Assembly (NCBI GenBank): GCA_040221975.1
Contig: JAVJWR010000033.1
Coordinates: forward strand, 244,092 to 268,091
Direction: 5' to 3'
Origin: Haliea sp.
GTDB lineage: Bacteria > Pseudomonadota > Gammaproteobacteria > Pseudomonadales > Halieaceae
Length of the DNA: 24,000 nt
Positions within the stretch are counted from its first letter, which is position 1. Every line of letters begins with the position of its first letter. This document shows positions 1 to 7,790 of the stretch, one piece after another. The notes below the pieces were generated by a model that was given only the letters and a program-made list of their open reading frames with translations, made no database searches and was not told the origin of the DNA. A program made the translations under genes and the position numbers.

Positions 1-39
1 CAGGTAACGCCTCGTACTTGTCCGGTCAGGAACAAAATC

Positions 40-993
40 ATGCAGCAGGCTTTACGCAAACGGATCCTCGTCACTGGTGGTGCCGGCTTTATCGGTAGTC
101 ATCTCTGCGAACGATTGCTGGAGTTCGGCCACGATGTGCTTTGCGTGGATAACTTTTTTACCGGCACACGCGATAACGTCCTGCATCTGCTGGACAATCC
201 CCATTTCGAGCTGCTGCGTCACGATGTGACTTTTCCTCTTTACGTGGAAGTGGACGAGATCTACAACCTCGCCTGTCCGGCGTCGCCGGTGCACTATCAG
301 CGCGACCCGGTACAGACCACGAAAACCAGCGTCCACGGCGCCATCAATATGCTGGGGCTGGCGAAACGGCTGCGGGCAAAGATACTGCAGGCCTCCACCA
401 GCGAGGTCTACGGCGACCCCGAGGTGCATCCCCAGCCGGAGGCCTATTGGGGCCGGGTCAATACCGTTGGCCCCCGAGCCTGCTATGACGAGGGCAAGCG
501 CTGCGCAGAAACGCTGTTCTTTGACTACCATCGCCAGCATGGCCTGCGCATCAAAGTGGCAAGAATCTTCAATACCTACGGTCCGCGAATGCAGCCCAAC
601 GATGGCCGGGTGGTTTCCAACTTTATTGTCCAGGCCCTGCGCGACGAACCCATCACACTTTATGGCGATGGCCGGCAGACACGCTCTTTCTGTTACGTCG
701 ACGACCTGGTGGAGGGACTGATACGCCTGATGGCCACGACCGACGACGTCACCGGGCCGGTGAACCTGGGCAACCCGCAGGAGTTCACTATTTGTGAACT
801 GGCAATGCAGGTGCTGGCCGAGACCGGCACCGGGTCAGAACTGATCCATGAGCCCTTGCCGGAAGATGATCCCCGGCAGCGCCAGCCGGATATCCGCCTG
901 GCGCGGGAGCTGCTGGATTGGCAGCCGCGCGTCGCGCTGGCACAGGGCTTGGCACATACGGTCAGGTATTTCCGCGAGCGCACCGGGGCCTGA
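40..993 (+). CDS. UDP-glucuronate decarboxylase / UDP-xylose synthase (SDR, NAD-dependent epimerase-dehydratase family)
   Basis: 317-aa ORF. It has the Rossmann motif [11 protein letters not shown], the catalytic YDEGKR (YxxxK), and the [14 protein letters not shown] and [10 protein letters not shown] blocks typical of UXS-type enzymes. AGGAA lies about 8 nt upstream of ATG 40. Confidence 0.9.
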   Translation: MQQALRKRILVTGGAGFIGSHLCERLLEFGHDVLCVDNFFTGTRDNVLHLLDNPHFELLRHDVTFPLYVEVDEIYNLACPASPVHYQRDPVQTTKTSVHGAINMLGLAKRLRAKILQASTSEVYGDPEVHPQPEAYWGRVNTVGPRACYDEGKRCAETLFFDYHRQHGLRIKVARIFNTYGPRMQPNDGRVVSNFIVQALRDEPITLYGDGRQTRSFCYVDDLVEGLIRLMATTDDVTGPVNLGNPQEFTICELAMQVLAETGTGSELIHEPLPEDDPRQRQPDIRLARELLDWQPRVALAQGLAHTVRYFRERTGA

Positions 994-2373
994 GTGACCG
1001 CTGGCGAGCACGGCAGGGACGTACCAGACAGGCGCAGCTGGCGAGACCGCCTGACGCCGGACTGGTTGTTCGGGGACGTGGCCCGGGCCGGGGTGCTGGT
1101 GGGGGCCGTGCAGGGCGTCGGCCTGCTACTGGTCTTCCTGTTGCAGATCCTGCTGGCGCGACTCATCGCCGACCCCAGTGCCTACGGTCTCTATGTCTGG
1201 GGGCAAAATCTGCTGTTTCTTGTCGGCGGCGTACTGGCCATGGGGCTGCCCATTGTCGCCGGCCGCCACATGGCGGTTCAGGTTCAGCGCGGGGATCGAC
1301 GCGCCCAGGGCGCTGTTTTGAGGCGGGCACTGGCATTGATCGCACTGGCTTCAGTGCTGATATTTGCCCTGGGTAGACTGCTGTTGTGGCAGTTGCCACC
1401 GACTATTACCGTGGCTCCGGATATCGCCTTGCTGGCGCTGTTGGGCGCGCCTCTCGCCGCTACCACGCTCCTGTACCAGGGTCTGAGCCGTGCCCGTGGC
1501 CATACAGTGAGTGCGTTCCTCCCCTACCAGGTTCTGCGGCCCCTGTTTACCGCGGTCCTGGCCCTCGCTGCCGTGGTAGTTGCCGGGCCCCGCCTCAGCG
1601 CGATCGAGGCCCTGCTGGCCGTGGTCAGCGGACTGGCGCTGGTACACGGTGTGCAATGGCGGCTGGGCCGGCGGCCGCCGCGCGCGCCTGTGGCGCCGTC
1701 GACCGCGGATGAAGTCGCGGTACCAGGGTTGAGCCGCCTGCTCCGAGAGGGACTGCCGGTGTTCGGTGCCAGCGCCTGTGGACTGGTGATGACCTACGCC
1801 AACACCCTGGCGGTGGGTGTGCTCGCGGGCCCCGCCGCGGCAGGTGCGTTCTTTATTGCCGAGCGCCTGGCCCAGCTCGCGTCTACGCCCGCAGTGGTCG
1901 CGAGCGCCGTTATTCAGCCCTGGCTGGCGACCGCGCACGCCAGCCACAACCGGGGCCGCCTGCAGGCGGTAGTTACCCAGGCCGCACATATCGGTCTCTG
2001 GCCGACCCTGGTGCTCGCTGCGGGGGTTTGGCTCTGCTCTGAATTCCTGCTGCATTTGTTTGGCGCGGCATTTCTGCACGCCCAGCCTATCCTGGGGGCG
2101 CTGCTGTTGGGACGGCTGATTGGCGTTGCGCTCGGCCCCGCCCAGATCCTGCTGCTGATGACCGGGCACCAGGGGCCTGCACTTCGGGTCAGTGCCTTTG
2201 CCGCGCTCAGTCATCTGCTGCTGCTGGTCTGGCTGGTACCGATCTGGGGCGCCGTTGGGGCGGCGTTGACCAGCGTGGCCAGTAGTCTGCTGATCAATAC
2301 TGGCTGTCTGGTGCTGGTATGGCGGCGCCTGGGCCTACAGGGGACGATTCTGGCCACACGGCGACGCGGGTAG
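994..2373 (+). CDS. Polysaccharide/oligosaccharide flippase, MOP superfamily (Wzx-like)
   Basis: 459-aa ORF that is hydrophobic throughout (about 12-14 predicted helices by eye). The N-terminal pattern LLARLIADPSAYGLY resembles Wzx/polysaccharide biosynthesis proteins. The GTG start abuts the upstream stop (TGAGTG). The start is uncertain; an in-frame GTG at 1078 is possible. Confidence 0.6.
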   Translation: MTAGEHGRDVPDRRSWRDRLTPDWLFGDVARAGVLVGAVQGVGLLLVFLLQILLARLIADPSAYGLYVWGQNLLFLVGGVLAMGLPIVAGRHMAVQVQRGDRRAQGAVLRRALALIALASVLIFALGRLLLWQLPPTITVAPDIALLALLGAPLAATTLLYQGLSRARGHTVSAFLPYQVLRPLFTAVLALAAVVVAGPRLSAIEALLAVVSGLALVHGVQWRLGRRPPRAPVAPSTADEVAVPGLSRLLREGLPVFGASACGLVMTYANTLAVGVLAGPAAAGAFFIAERLAQLASTPAVVASAVIQPWLATAHASHNRGRLQAVVTQAAHIGLWPTLVLAAGVWLCSEFLLHLFGAAFLHAQPILGALLLGRLIGVALGPAQILLLMTGHQGPALRVSAFAALSHLLLLVWLVPIWGAVGAALTSVASSLLINTGCLVLVWRRLGLQGTILATRRRG

Positions 2374-2385
2374 ATAGATGACGGG

Positions 2386-3165
2386 TCAGCGGCGCCCCTG
2401 GGCGAGGGCGCGCCGCAACTTCACTGTGGGCCACAGCAGCGACCATGGGGTGACCAGGTAGCGGTACCAGAGTCGGCGCGGGTCGAGCAGCAGGCGGTAC
2501 AGCCCGCCGAGGCCGATGCGGCTGAGATACAGTGGTGGCCTGGCCTGCAGTCCAGTGTAATAGTCCAGTGTCCCCCCCGCCTGCAGCATGGCGCCGGCGT
2601 CGAGCTGCGCGCGGTGGCGCAAGAGCCAGGCTTCCTGCCGCGGCATGCCCATACCCACCAGCAACAGGTCGGGGCGAAACTGGTTGATGGCGCTGATGGT
2701 CTCTGCCTCTGCCAGGTCGTAGCCGTGTTGCAGCCTGGCCCTGAGCTGTGGATAGTCCCGCGCCAGCCAGGCTCGCGCGCGTTCGGCAGCCAATGGTGAT
2801 CCGCCCAGGTAATATACGCTCAGGTTGGCGCTTTGCAGCCACTCCAACAGCGTCGGCAGGCTGTCCATCAGAGTAAAGCGTTGTGCCGCGGACGTATCAA
2901 AGCCCGCCGCGCGCAGCAACCAGAGCACCGCCACGCCATCCACGTAGCAACGCTGGCAACTGCGGTAGAATTCACGGACCGTTGGCTCCCGCTGGCAAAG
3001 AACAAGGCTGTGCAGGTTGTGATGGCCCAGCAGCAGGCCCCGCTCGCCGTTATGCCACCGCTGCTGCAGCCAGGCGAGCAGTTCTGCCAGGGTGGAAGGG
3101 GCCAGTGCAGTGCCCGCGAATTCCACCAGTGCGGGGCTCGTGAAAACATTCTCCTCAGTAGGCAT
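2386..3165 (-). CDS. WecB/TagA/CpsF-family glycosyltransferase (GT26, WecG/TagA-like)
   Basis: The blocks LLLVGMGMPRQEAW, GGTLDYYTG and GLYRLLLDPRRLWYRYL are hallmark GT26 motifs. I prefer ATG 3165 (MPTEENVF) to the track's GTG 3180. Either start overlaps the stop of the upstream gene (3155-3157). Confidence 0.85.
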   Translation of the reverse strand: MPTEENVFTSPALVEFAGTALAPSTLAELLAWLQQRWHNGERGLLLGHHNLHSLVLCQREPTVREFYRSCQRCYVDGVAVLWLLRAAGFDTSAAQRFTLMDSLPTLLEWLQSANLSVYYLGGSPLAAERARAWLARDYPQLRARLQHGYDLAEAETISAINQFRPDLLLVGMGMPRQEAWLLRHRAQLDAGAMLQAGGTLDYYTGLQARPPLYLSRIGLGGLYRLLLDPRRLWYRYLVTPWSLLWPTVKLRRALAQGRR

Positions 3166-4525
3166 TGTGGCGCCAACCACGCAGCGCCGTGCGCAGGAGA
3201 ATTGTCAGGTCCAGCCACAGAGACCAGTGCTCAATGTAGTAGAGGTCGTAGTCCAGTCTCTGCTGCATTTTGTCGAGGGTGTCGGTTTCCCCGCGCAAAC
3301 CGTGAATCTGGGCCCACCCGGTGATTCCGGGCTTGACCCGGTGTCGCTGCATGTAGGCATTGATCTGGTACCGAAAGTTCTCGTTGAGGGATACCGGGTG
3401 TGGCCGTGGTCCCACCAGGGACATCTCCCCACGCAGTACATTCAGCAACTGCGGCAGTTCATCAAGACTGTTGCGTCGCAGGAAGGCACCCAGCCGGGTA
3501 ATCCGGGGGTCGTTCGGGCGCGCCTGGCGTTCGTCGGTTTGCTGCTGGTACACCATGGTCCGGAACTTGAACACCTGGATAATCCGGCCGTCGCTGCCGT
3601 GGCGCGGTTGCCGAAACAGCGCTGGCCCGGGTGAGTCCAGCCGTACCAGCAGGCCGAGCAGGAGCAGAAATGGCCCCAGCAGGAACAGCAAGCACGTTGA
3701 AACGCTGCGGTCAAAGGCTTCCTTGAGCAGCGCGTCGGGACCATCCAGGGGGGTCGCATTGAGTTCGATCAGCGTGACTCCCGCCACCTCGGTAATGCTG
3801 TGACCCACCAACCGCAGCAGACTCGCATCGGGGACCACCCGCAGTGGCACGCTGCTCAATTGCAACGCCAGTGGCAGGATATCCTCGTCGCCGGCGGGAC
3901 TGTTGTCCGCTGCCAGCCACAGCTCGGTAACGGCGGGTTCTGCCGCGAGCACATCTGCAAGCTGCAGCAGCGTGCCCAGTACCGGTGCGGGCAGGTCCCC
4001 CCTTGGCGTCTCCTGCAACAGTGATATGAAGCCCGCAACCGCAGCGCTGCCGTGCTGTGCCCGCAGGGACCGTGCAGCGTCCCGGGCGCGGAGGCCACTC
4101 CCGAGCAACACCACCCGTAACGGATTGACGGCACTTGTGCGGGCGACCAGCAGGCGCCAGAGCGCCATCAGCGCGATGCCAAGCAGGACCCAGCTGCCCA
4201 TCCAGATGCGGGAGAAATCTGCCGTCGTCTTGGTCAAGGTGGCGGCGAGCATGAGGCTGCCGTACAGCAGCGCCAGACCCGGTGCCGCCACGCGCAATCC
4301 TGCGCCCGGCTGCAACCAGCCCGGGCGCAGGTAAGCCCGGGTCGCGGGCAGCCACAACAGGGCCAGCAGTACCGCCAGCAGCAGGGCCAGCTGGTAGTGA
4401 GGTTCCATTGTCTCGTGGTGGGGGAAGCGCAGGTGGAACGCACCATAGCCAGCGGCACAGAGGGCCGTGGCGTCGAGCAGCGGCGCCAGTCGTGCCAGTC
4501 GCGATTCCCGCCCGCGGCCAGCCAT
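3155..4525 (-). CDS. Undecaprenyl-phosphate hexose-1-phosphate transferase (WbaP/WcaJ-type priming phosphoglycosyltransferase)
   Basis: C-terminal bacterial sugar-transferase domain: LFRQPRHG, KFRTM, DPRITRLGAFLRRNSLDELPQLLNVLRGEMSLVGPRP, KPGITGWAQI. The N-terminal part has TM helices. The start is reassigned to ATG 4525-4523, which forms an ATGA overlap with the TGA of the upstream gene and gives 456 aa. The 709-aa ORF in the track is a GC-driven 5' extension. Confidence 0.9.
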   Translation of the reverse strand: MAGRGRESRLARLAPLLDATALCAAGYGAFHLRFPHHETMEPHYQLALLLAVLLALLWLPATRAYLRPGWLQPGAGLRVAAPGLALLYGSLMLAATLTKTTADFSRIWMGSWVLLGIALMALWRLLVARTSAVNPLRVVLLGSGLRARDAARSLRAQHGSAAVAGFISLLQETPRGDLPAPVLGTLLQLADVLAAEPAVTELWLAADNSPAGDEDILPLALQLSSVPLRVVPDASLLRLVGHSITEVAGVTLIELNATPLDGPDALLKEAFDRSVSTCLLFLLGPFLLLLGLLVRLDSPGPALFRQPRHGSDGRIIQVFKFRTMVYQQQTDERQARPNDPRITRLGAFLRRNSLDELPQLLNVLRGEMSLVGPRPHPVSLNENFRYQINAYMQRHRVKPGITGWAQIHGLRGETDTLDKMQQRLDYDLYYIEHWSLWLDLTILLRTALRGWRHNAY

Positions 4526-5961
4526 CAGCGGGACGAGTCCGGCGCCAGTATTGGCGCGAGCTGGGCAAAGGCCACATACACCGCCAGCGGCGCCAGGTAG
4601 AGGAGAGTGCGATTGAGGGTCACAAAGTTTGCTGCTTCCTTGAAATAGTGGGTGAACCCGAACAGGAACAACAGCAGGCCGAAGCCCGCCACCAGCACCA
4701 GCAGGGCAATGCTGTGCAGGCTCGCCAGTCCGCGCCAGGCCAGTCCCGCGAGCAGGCAGGTCGGCAGCAACAGCCACAACAGGTGCCAGTTGGCTTGCAC
4801 GAACAATGCCTGCCACAGGTAGGGTAGCAGTGGGCGCGGCGCCAGTGTGAGTGTGGGCAGGGTCCACGGCAGGTCCAGCACCAGCAGCGCGTCCAGTTCC
4901 GCGACGCGCGGGTGCAGGCCCAGCAGGAGCCCCAGCAACAACAGGGTACAGACCGTCGCTGCCGAGGCCAGCAACCAGCGAGCAGGAGGGCGCCAGAGCA
5001 GGATCACCGCCGCCCCCAGCAGCAGCGCACCAAAACCGAGCCCGGGAGTCTTCAACAGGGCGCACATGAGCGCCAGGGTGATGGCCAGCAGGCCGTGGCG
5101 CCAGGCGCCAGTATGCTGCCAGTGGGCCAATGCCATGGCGCCAAGACCGAAGGCCGCGCCCAGCCACAGATCGGCATAGCCCGCCAGAGTGCTGTGGGTA
5201 GTGAGGAGGGGCTGGCTCAACAAGGCATAGAGCGCCAGCGCCGTTGCCCAGTGCGGCAGATCCAGTGCTCGCAGATGTCCCCACAGGGCCAGGGCGCAGG
5301 CGCCGGGCAGTAGCAGCCAGGGCAGATAGAGCAGTGTATGGTCGTAGCTGTCAGCTCCCAGCATCTGCCACAACAATAGCAAAGGTATCGCGGGCGGATA
5401 ATCACCGGCGCGCCAGTTGCCGAGGGTGTAGAGTTCAGTGGCTGGAGGTGCGGCCAGCCACGCGTCAGGGGTGCCGAAGGCAGTGAGCTCCCCGTGCTGG
5501 AACCATACCACCGCCCGAGGTACCCAGTTCATCCACGCATCCCAGGCAAACAGGGGCCGCAGTGCCATTTCCTGGGCCATTGCGCTGCCGCGAACCGTCA
5601 GGAATAACAGCAACGGCAACAACCACAGCATGTGCCGCCAGTGAACCCTCATCGCACCTGGCCAAAGCGGGTGTGAACGTCGCTGACGCTGGAACCTGCG
5701 CAACCACGGCAGGCTGCCCAGCACGGTGACGCCGCCGAGCAGAGCCGCCAGCGGCGCGAAGGCGAAGGTTAAACCTGCCGCGTCCCAGCCCAGCAGCAGT
5801 ATCACCACCAGCAGTTGTCCCAGCAGGTATCCGTGGCCCAGCAAGAGGCTCAGGGGAGCCGCCCCGATGATCACTCGCGCCGCGACTGCTCCCGCGCACC
5901 AGGGCAGCAAGGTAGCGACCAGCAGTCCAGGAAGATTTATCTCCTCCAGCAATGGCATCAT
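4525..5961 (-). CDS. Polytopic inner-membrane protein; possible GT-C-fold (ArnT/PMT_2-like) glycosyltransferase, or alternatively a Wzy/WaaL-like protein
   Basis: 478 aa, hydrophobic throughout. The loop PLFAWDAWMNWVP followed by DYPPAIPLLLLW resembles the acidic first periplasmic loop plus hPPl motif of ArnT/PMT_2 enzymes. Both ends have ATGA overlaps with neighbours (5958-5961 and 4523-4527). The coding call is solid; the function is tentative. Confidence 0.6.
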   Translation of the reverse strand: MMPLLEEINLPGLLVATLLPWCAGAVAARVIIGAAPLSLLLGHGYLLGQLLVVILLLGWDAAGLTFAFAPLAALLGGVTVLGSLPWLRRFQRQRRSHPLWPGAMRVHWRHMLWLLPLLLFLTVRGSAMAQEMALRPLFAWDAWMNWVPRAVVWFQHGELTAFGTPDAWLAAPPATELYTLGNWRAGDYPPAIPLLLLWQMLGADSYDHTLLYLPWLLLPGACALALWGHLRALDLPHWATALALYALLSQPLLTTHSTLAGYADLWLGAAFGLGAMALAHWQHTGAWRHGLLAITLALMCALLKTPGLGFGALLLGAAVILLWRPPARWLLASAATVCTLLLLGLLLGLHPRVAELDALLVLDLPWTLPTLTLAPRPLLPYLWQALFVQANWHLLWLLLPTCLLAGLAWRGLASLHSIALLVLVAGFGLLLFLFGFTHYFKEAANFVTLNRTLLYLAPLAVYVAFAQLAPILAPDSSR

Positions 5962-7166
5962 CGACGCTGCCCCGTCGCGACAGGCGGTAGTTCCCGGGTC
6001 AGGCGAAACAGGCGTCCCAGCTCATGCTGGCTGAGCATGAGTGCCTGCCAGCGCTGGTTGTTACCTGTGAGCAGGCCGCTGGCGGGGTCGTAGTGCAGCC
6101 CCTCCAGCGCGCCGAACTGCAACACATAGTCGCCGGGGCGCATCTCGCCGACCGGCAGCAGGGTCGAGCCATAGTTATAGATGTTCAGGGGCAGCAGGTG
6201 AAACTGCAGGCGCAGGCGCTGGTAATTGTGGCCGCGGGAATCGTGCAGCAGGAATAAGCGTTGCTGTGGATCCGCAGGCACCAATGTCCGCAATTCCTGT
6301 GCATAATTGAACAGCGCCGAGTCGAGGTCACGCTGGTGTTTAGTCTGCTGGTCCAGGCCGCCGAACTGATCGCGGGAGAGCGCCACGCGGGTGTTGAGCT
6401 GCCCCTGCCACAGCAGATCCAGTACCAGCCAGGGCAGGAACAGCACCAGCAACCCCGCGGCGACGACGGTACGCCGGGACAGGCGCAGCACTGCCGCAGC
6501 AATGACCAGCAGAAGCAGCGCGATCGCGACTCCCAGCGCGGCTACGGCGTTGGGGTGTGCGACCGCCGCTGGCGGAATTCCCCGATGCAGGTTCATGGCC
6601 GAATGCAGCCAGGGTTGGAAGCTGCTCCACTCCGCGATCATGCGGGCCGCCATGCGTTCGCGGGTCACGCCATGGAAGGCAAGCTCTCGCAGTCGCAAGG
6701 GTTCTGTACCGGCCTCGCCAAAGACTCCTATCGCCACCTCCACCACTGTGCCGCGCCAGAACTCGCTGTGGCCCGGGGCGAACCATTGGGTTCCATCACG
6801 GTAATGATCCAGCTCCAGTGAACGCTGTCGGGTGGGCAGTTCAGCAGTACGCCAGAACAGGAACAGCCGCGACTCCGGGCGCAGGCCTTGCAGATGCAGG
6901 CGCAGCTGCGGGTAGCGAGAGGCATCGAAACGCGGATTGGCCCGGAACACCGCTGCATCCGTTTGCATGCGGGTGATCAGCAGCGCGTCACCCTCGGACC
7001 TGGCTTCTGCCGCGACGACCGGACTGAAGTCTGTGCCGAGCAACACCTGCGGCTCGGCGGCCTGCTTGCCCTCCGCCCAGTCTGGATACAGCAGCGGCAG
7101 CATCGTCCACAGCAATCCCGCTGCCAGCAGCAACACCGGAATGGATGTCAGGCAGGCTTTTTTCAT
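5958..7166 (-). CDS. Hypothetical membrane protein (3 predicted TM helices, two predicted periplasmic domains)
   Basis: 402-aa ORF with an N-terminal signal-anchor (MKKACLTSIPVLLLAAGLLW). Two central helices (AVAALGVAIALLLLVIAAAVL and VVAAGLLVLFLPWLVLDLLW) are separated by RLSRRT. No family motif recognised. It is translationally coupled (ATGA) to the next gene. Confidence 0.7.
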   Translation of the reverse strand: MKKACLTSIPVLLLAAGLLWTMLPLLYPDWAEGKQAAEPQVLLGTDFSPVVAAEARSEGDALLITRMQTDAAVFRANPRFDASRYPQLRLHLQGLRPESRLFLFWRTAELPTRQRSLELDHYRDGTQWFAPGHSEFWRGTVVEVAIGVFGEAGTEPLRLRELAFHGVTRERMAARMIAEWSSFQPWLHSAMNLHRGIPPAAVAHPNAVAALGVAIALLLLVIAAAVLRLSRRTVVAAGLLVLFLPWLVLDLLWQGQLNTRVALSRDQFGGLDQQTKHQRDLDSALFNYAQELRTLVPADPQQRLFLLHDSRGHNYQRLRLQFHLLPLNIYNYGSTLLPVGEMRPGDYVLQFGALEGLHYDPASGLLTGNNQRWQALMLSQHELGRLFRLTRELPPVATGQRR

Positions 7167-7187
7167 GCTGCGGGCGTTTACCTGCCC

Positions 7188-7544
7188 CTAACGCAAGCGG
7201 GCACTGGACCCTTGTTCCGGGCGCTCTTTCCATGCCCTGGCCAAGAGCTCCTGCAGCGCCGTTGTGCTCGACGGACGCACCAGTCTGCCGACCTCTTGAC
7301 CATCGCGGAGGCATACCAGTGTGGGCCACATCTTGACGCCGAAAGAGCGGCCCAGCGGTCGGCCCTTGCCGTCCTCCAGCCTGAGGTGGCGCAACGCTGG
7401 ATGCTCCGCAATTGCCGCGCTGATGATGGGTTGCGCCGCCTGGCAGTGCCCGCACCAGTCAGTGCCGAATTCCAGCAGGGTCAGGCCGGGTAGCGCATCG
7501 ATCTCGGCGCGGGTCGGGTTTACAGGGTTGTATGGATCGGTCAC
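7188..7544 (-). CDS. Thioredoxin-fold protein with a CGHC active site
   Basis: 118 aa containing LLEFGTDWCGHCQ (WCxxC redox motif) and a downstream WPT cis-Pro-like block. GTG start at 7544. No signal peptide seen. The stop lies 21 nt before the next - strand gene. Confidence 0.8.
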   Translation of the reverse strand: MTDPYNPVNPTRAEIDALPGLTLLEFGTDWCGHCQAAQPIISAAIAEHPALRHLRLEDGKGRPLGRSFGVKMWPTLVCLRDGQEVGRLVRPSSTTALQELLARAWKERPEQGSSARLR

Positions 7545-7617
7545 TGGACTCTCTCATGTCTGGATGCAGTGGGGGACGACCGGGAAATCGCGTCCAGAAT
7601 ACGCCATTCCCCGACGT

Positions 7618-7645
7618 TTGCACCAGACCCCGCACCCGCTATGAT
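7618..7645 (+). promoter_or_regulatory. Candidate sigma70 promoter for ampG (TTGCAC-N16-TATGAT)
   Basis: TTGCAC at 7618-7623 and TATGAT at 7640-7645, with a hand-counted 16-nt spacer, in the trx/ampG divergent intergenic region. Sequence pattern only. Confidence 0.35.
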
Positions 7646-7790
7646 GTAGCGCCTCGCAGCCACCCCGGAAGAAGCGTCCAATGGATAACCGCATTTCAGT
7701 CATGGGCTGGATCGCCCGCACCCAGATTGCTGCCGCTGTCGGTAATGCCGGGAGCCTGGGGCGGCTGGCATCCGGAGCAGCCGCAAAGCC

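Noticed and set aside
1351-2214. 287-aa - strand ORF antisense to the flippase gene
   Set aside because: A shadow ORF. Its composition is dominated by R/G/Q, with no motif, while the + strand encodes a coherent multi-TM protein.
4526-5284. 253-codon 5' extension of the phosphoglycosyltransferase ORF (709-aa version in the track)
   Set aside because: The extension lies wholly inside the 478-aa membrane-protein gene in another frame and is G/A/P/R-rich. ATG 4525 gives a WbaP/WcaJ-sized protein and a classic ATGA junction.
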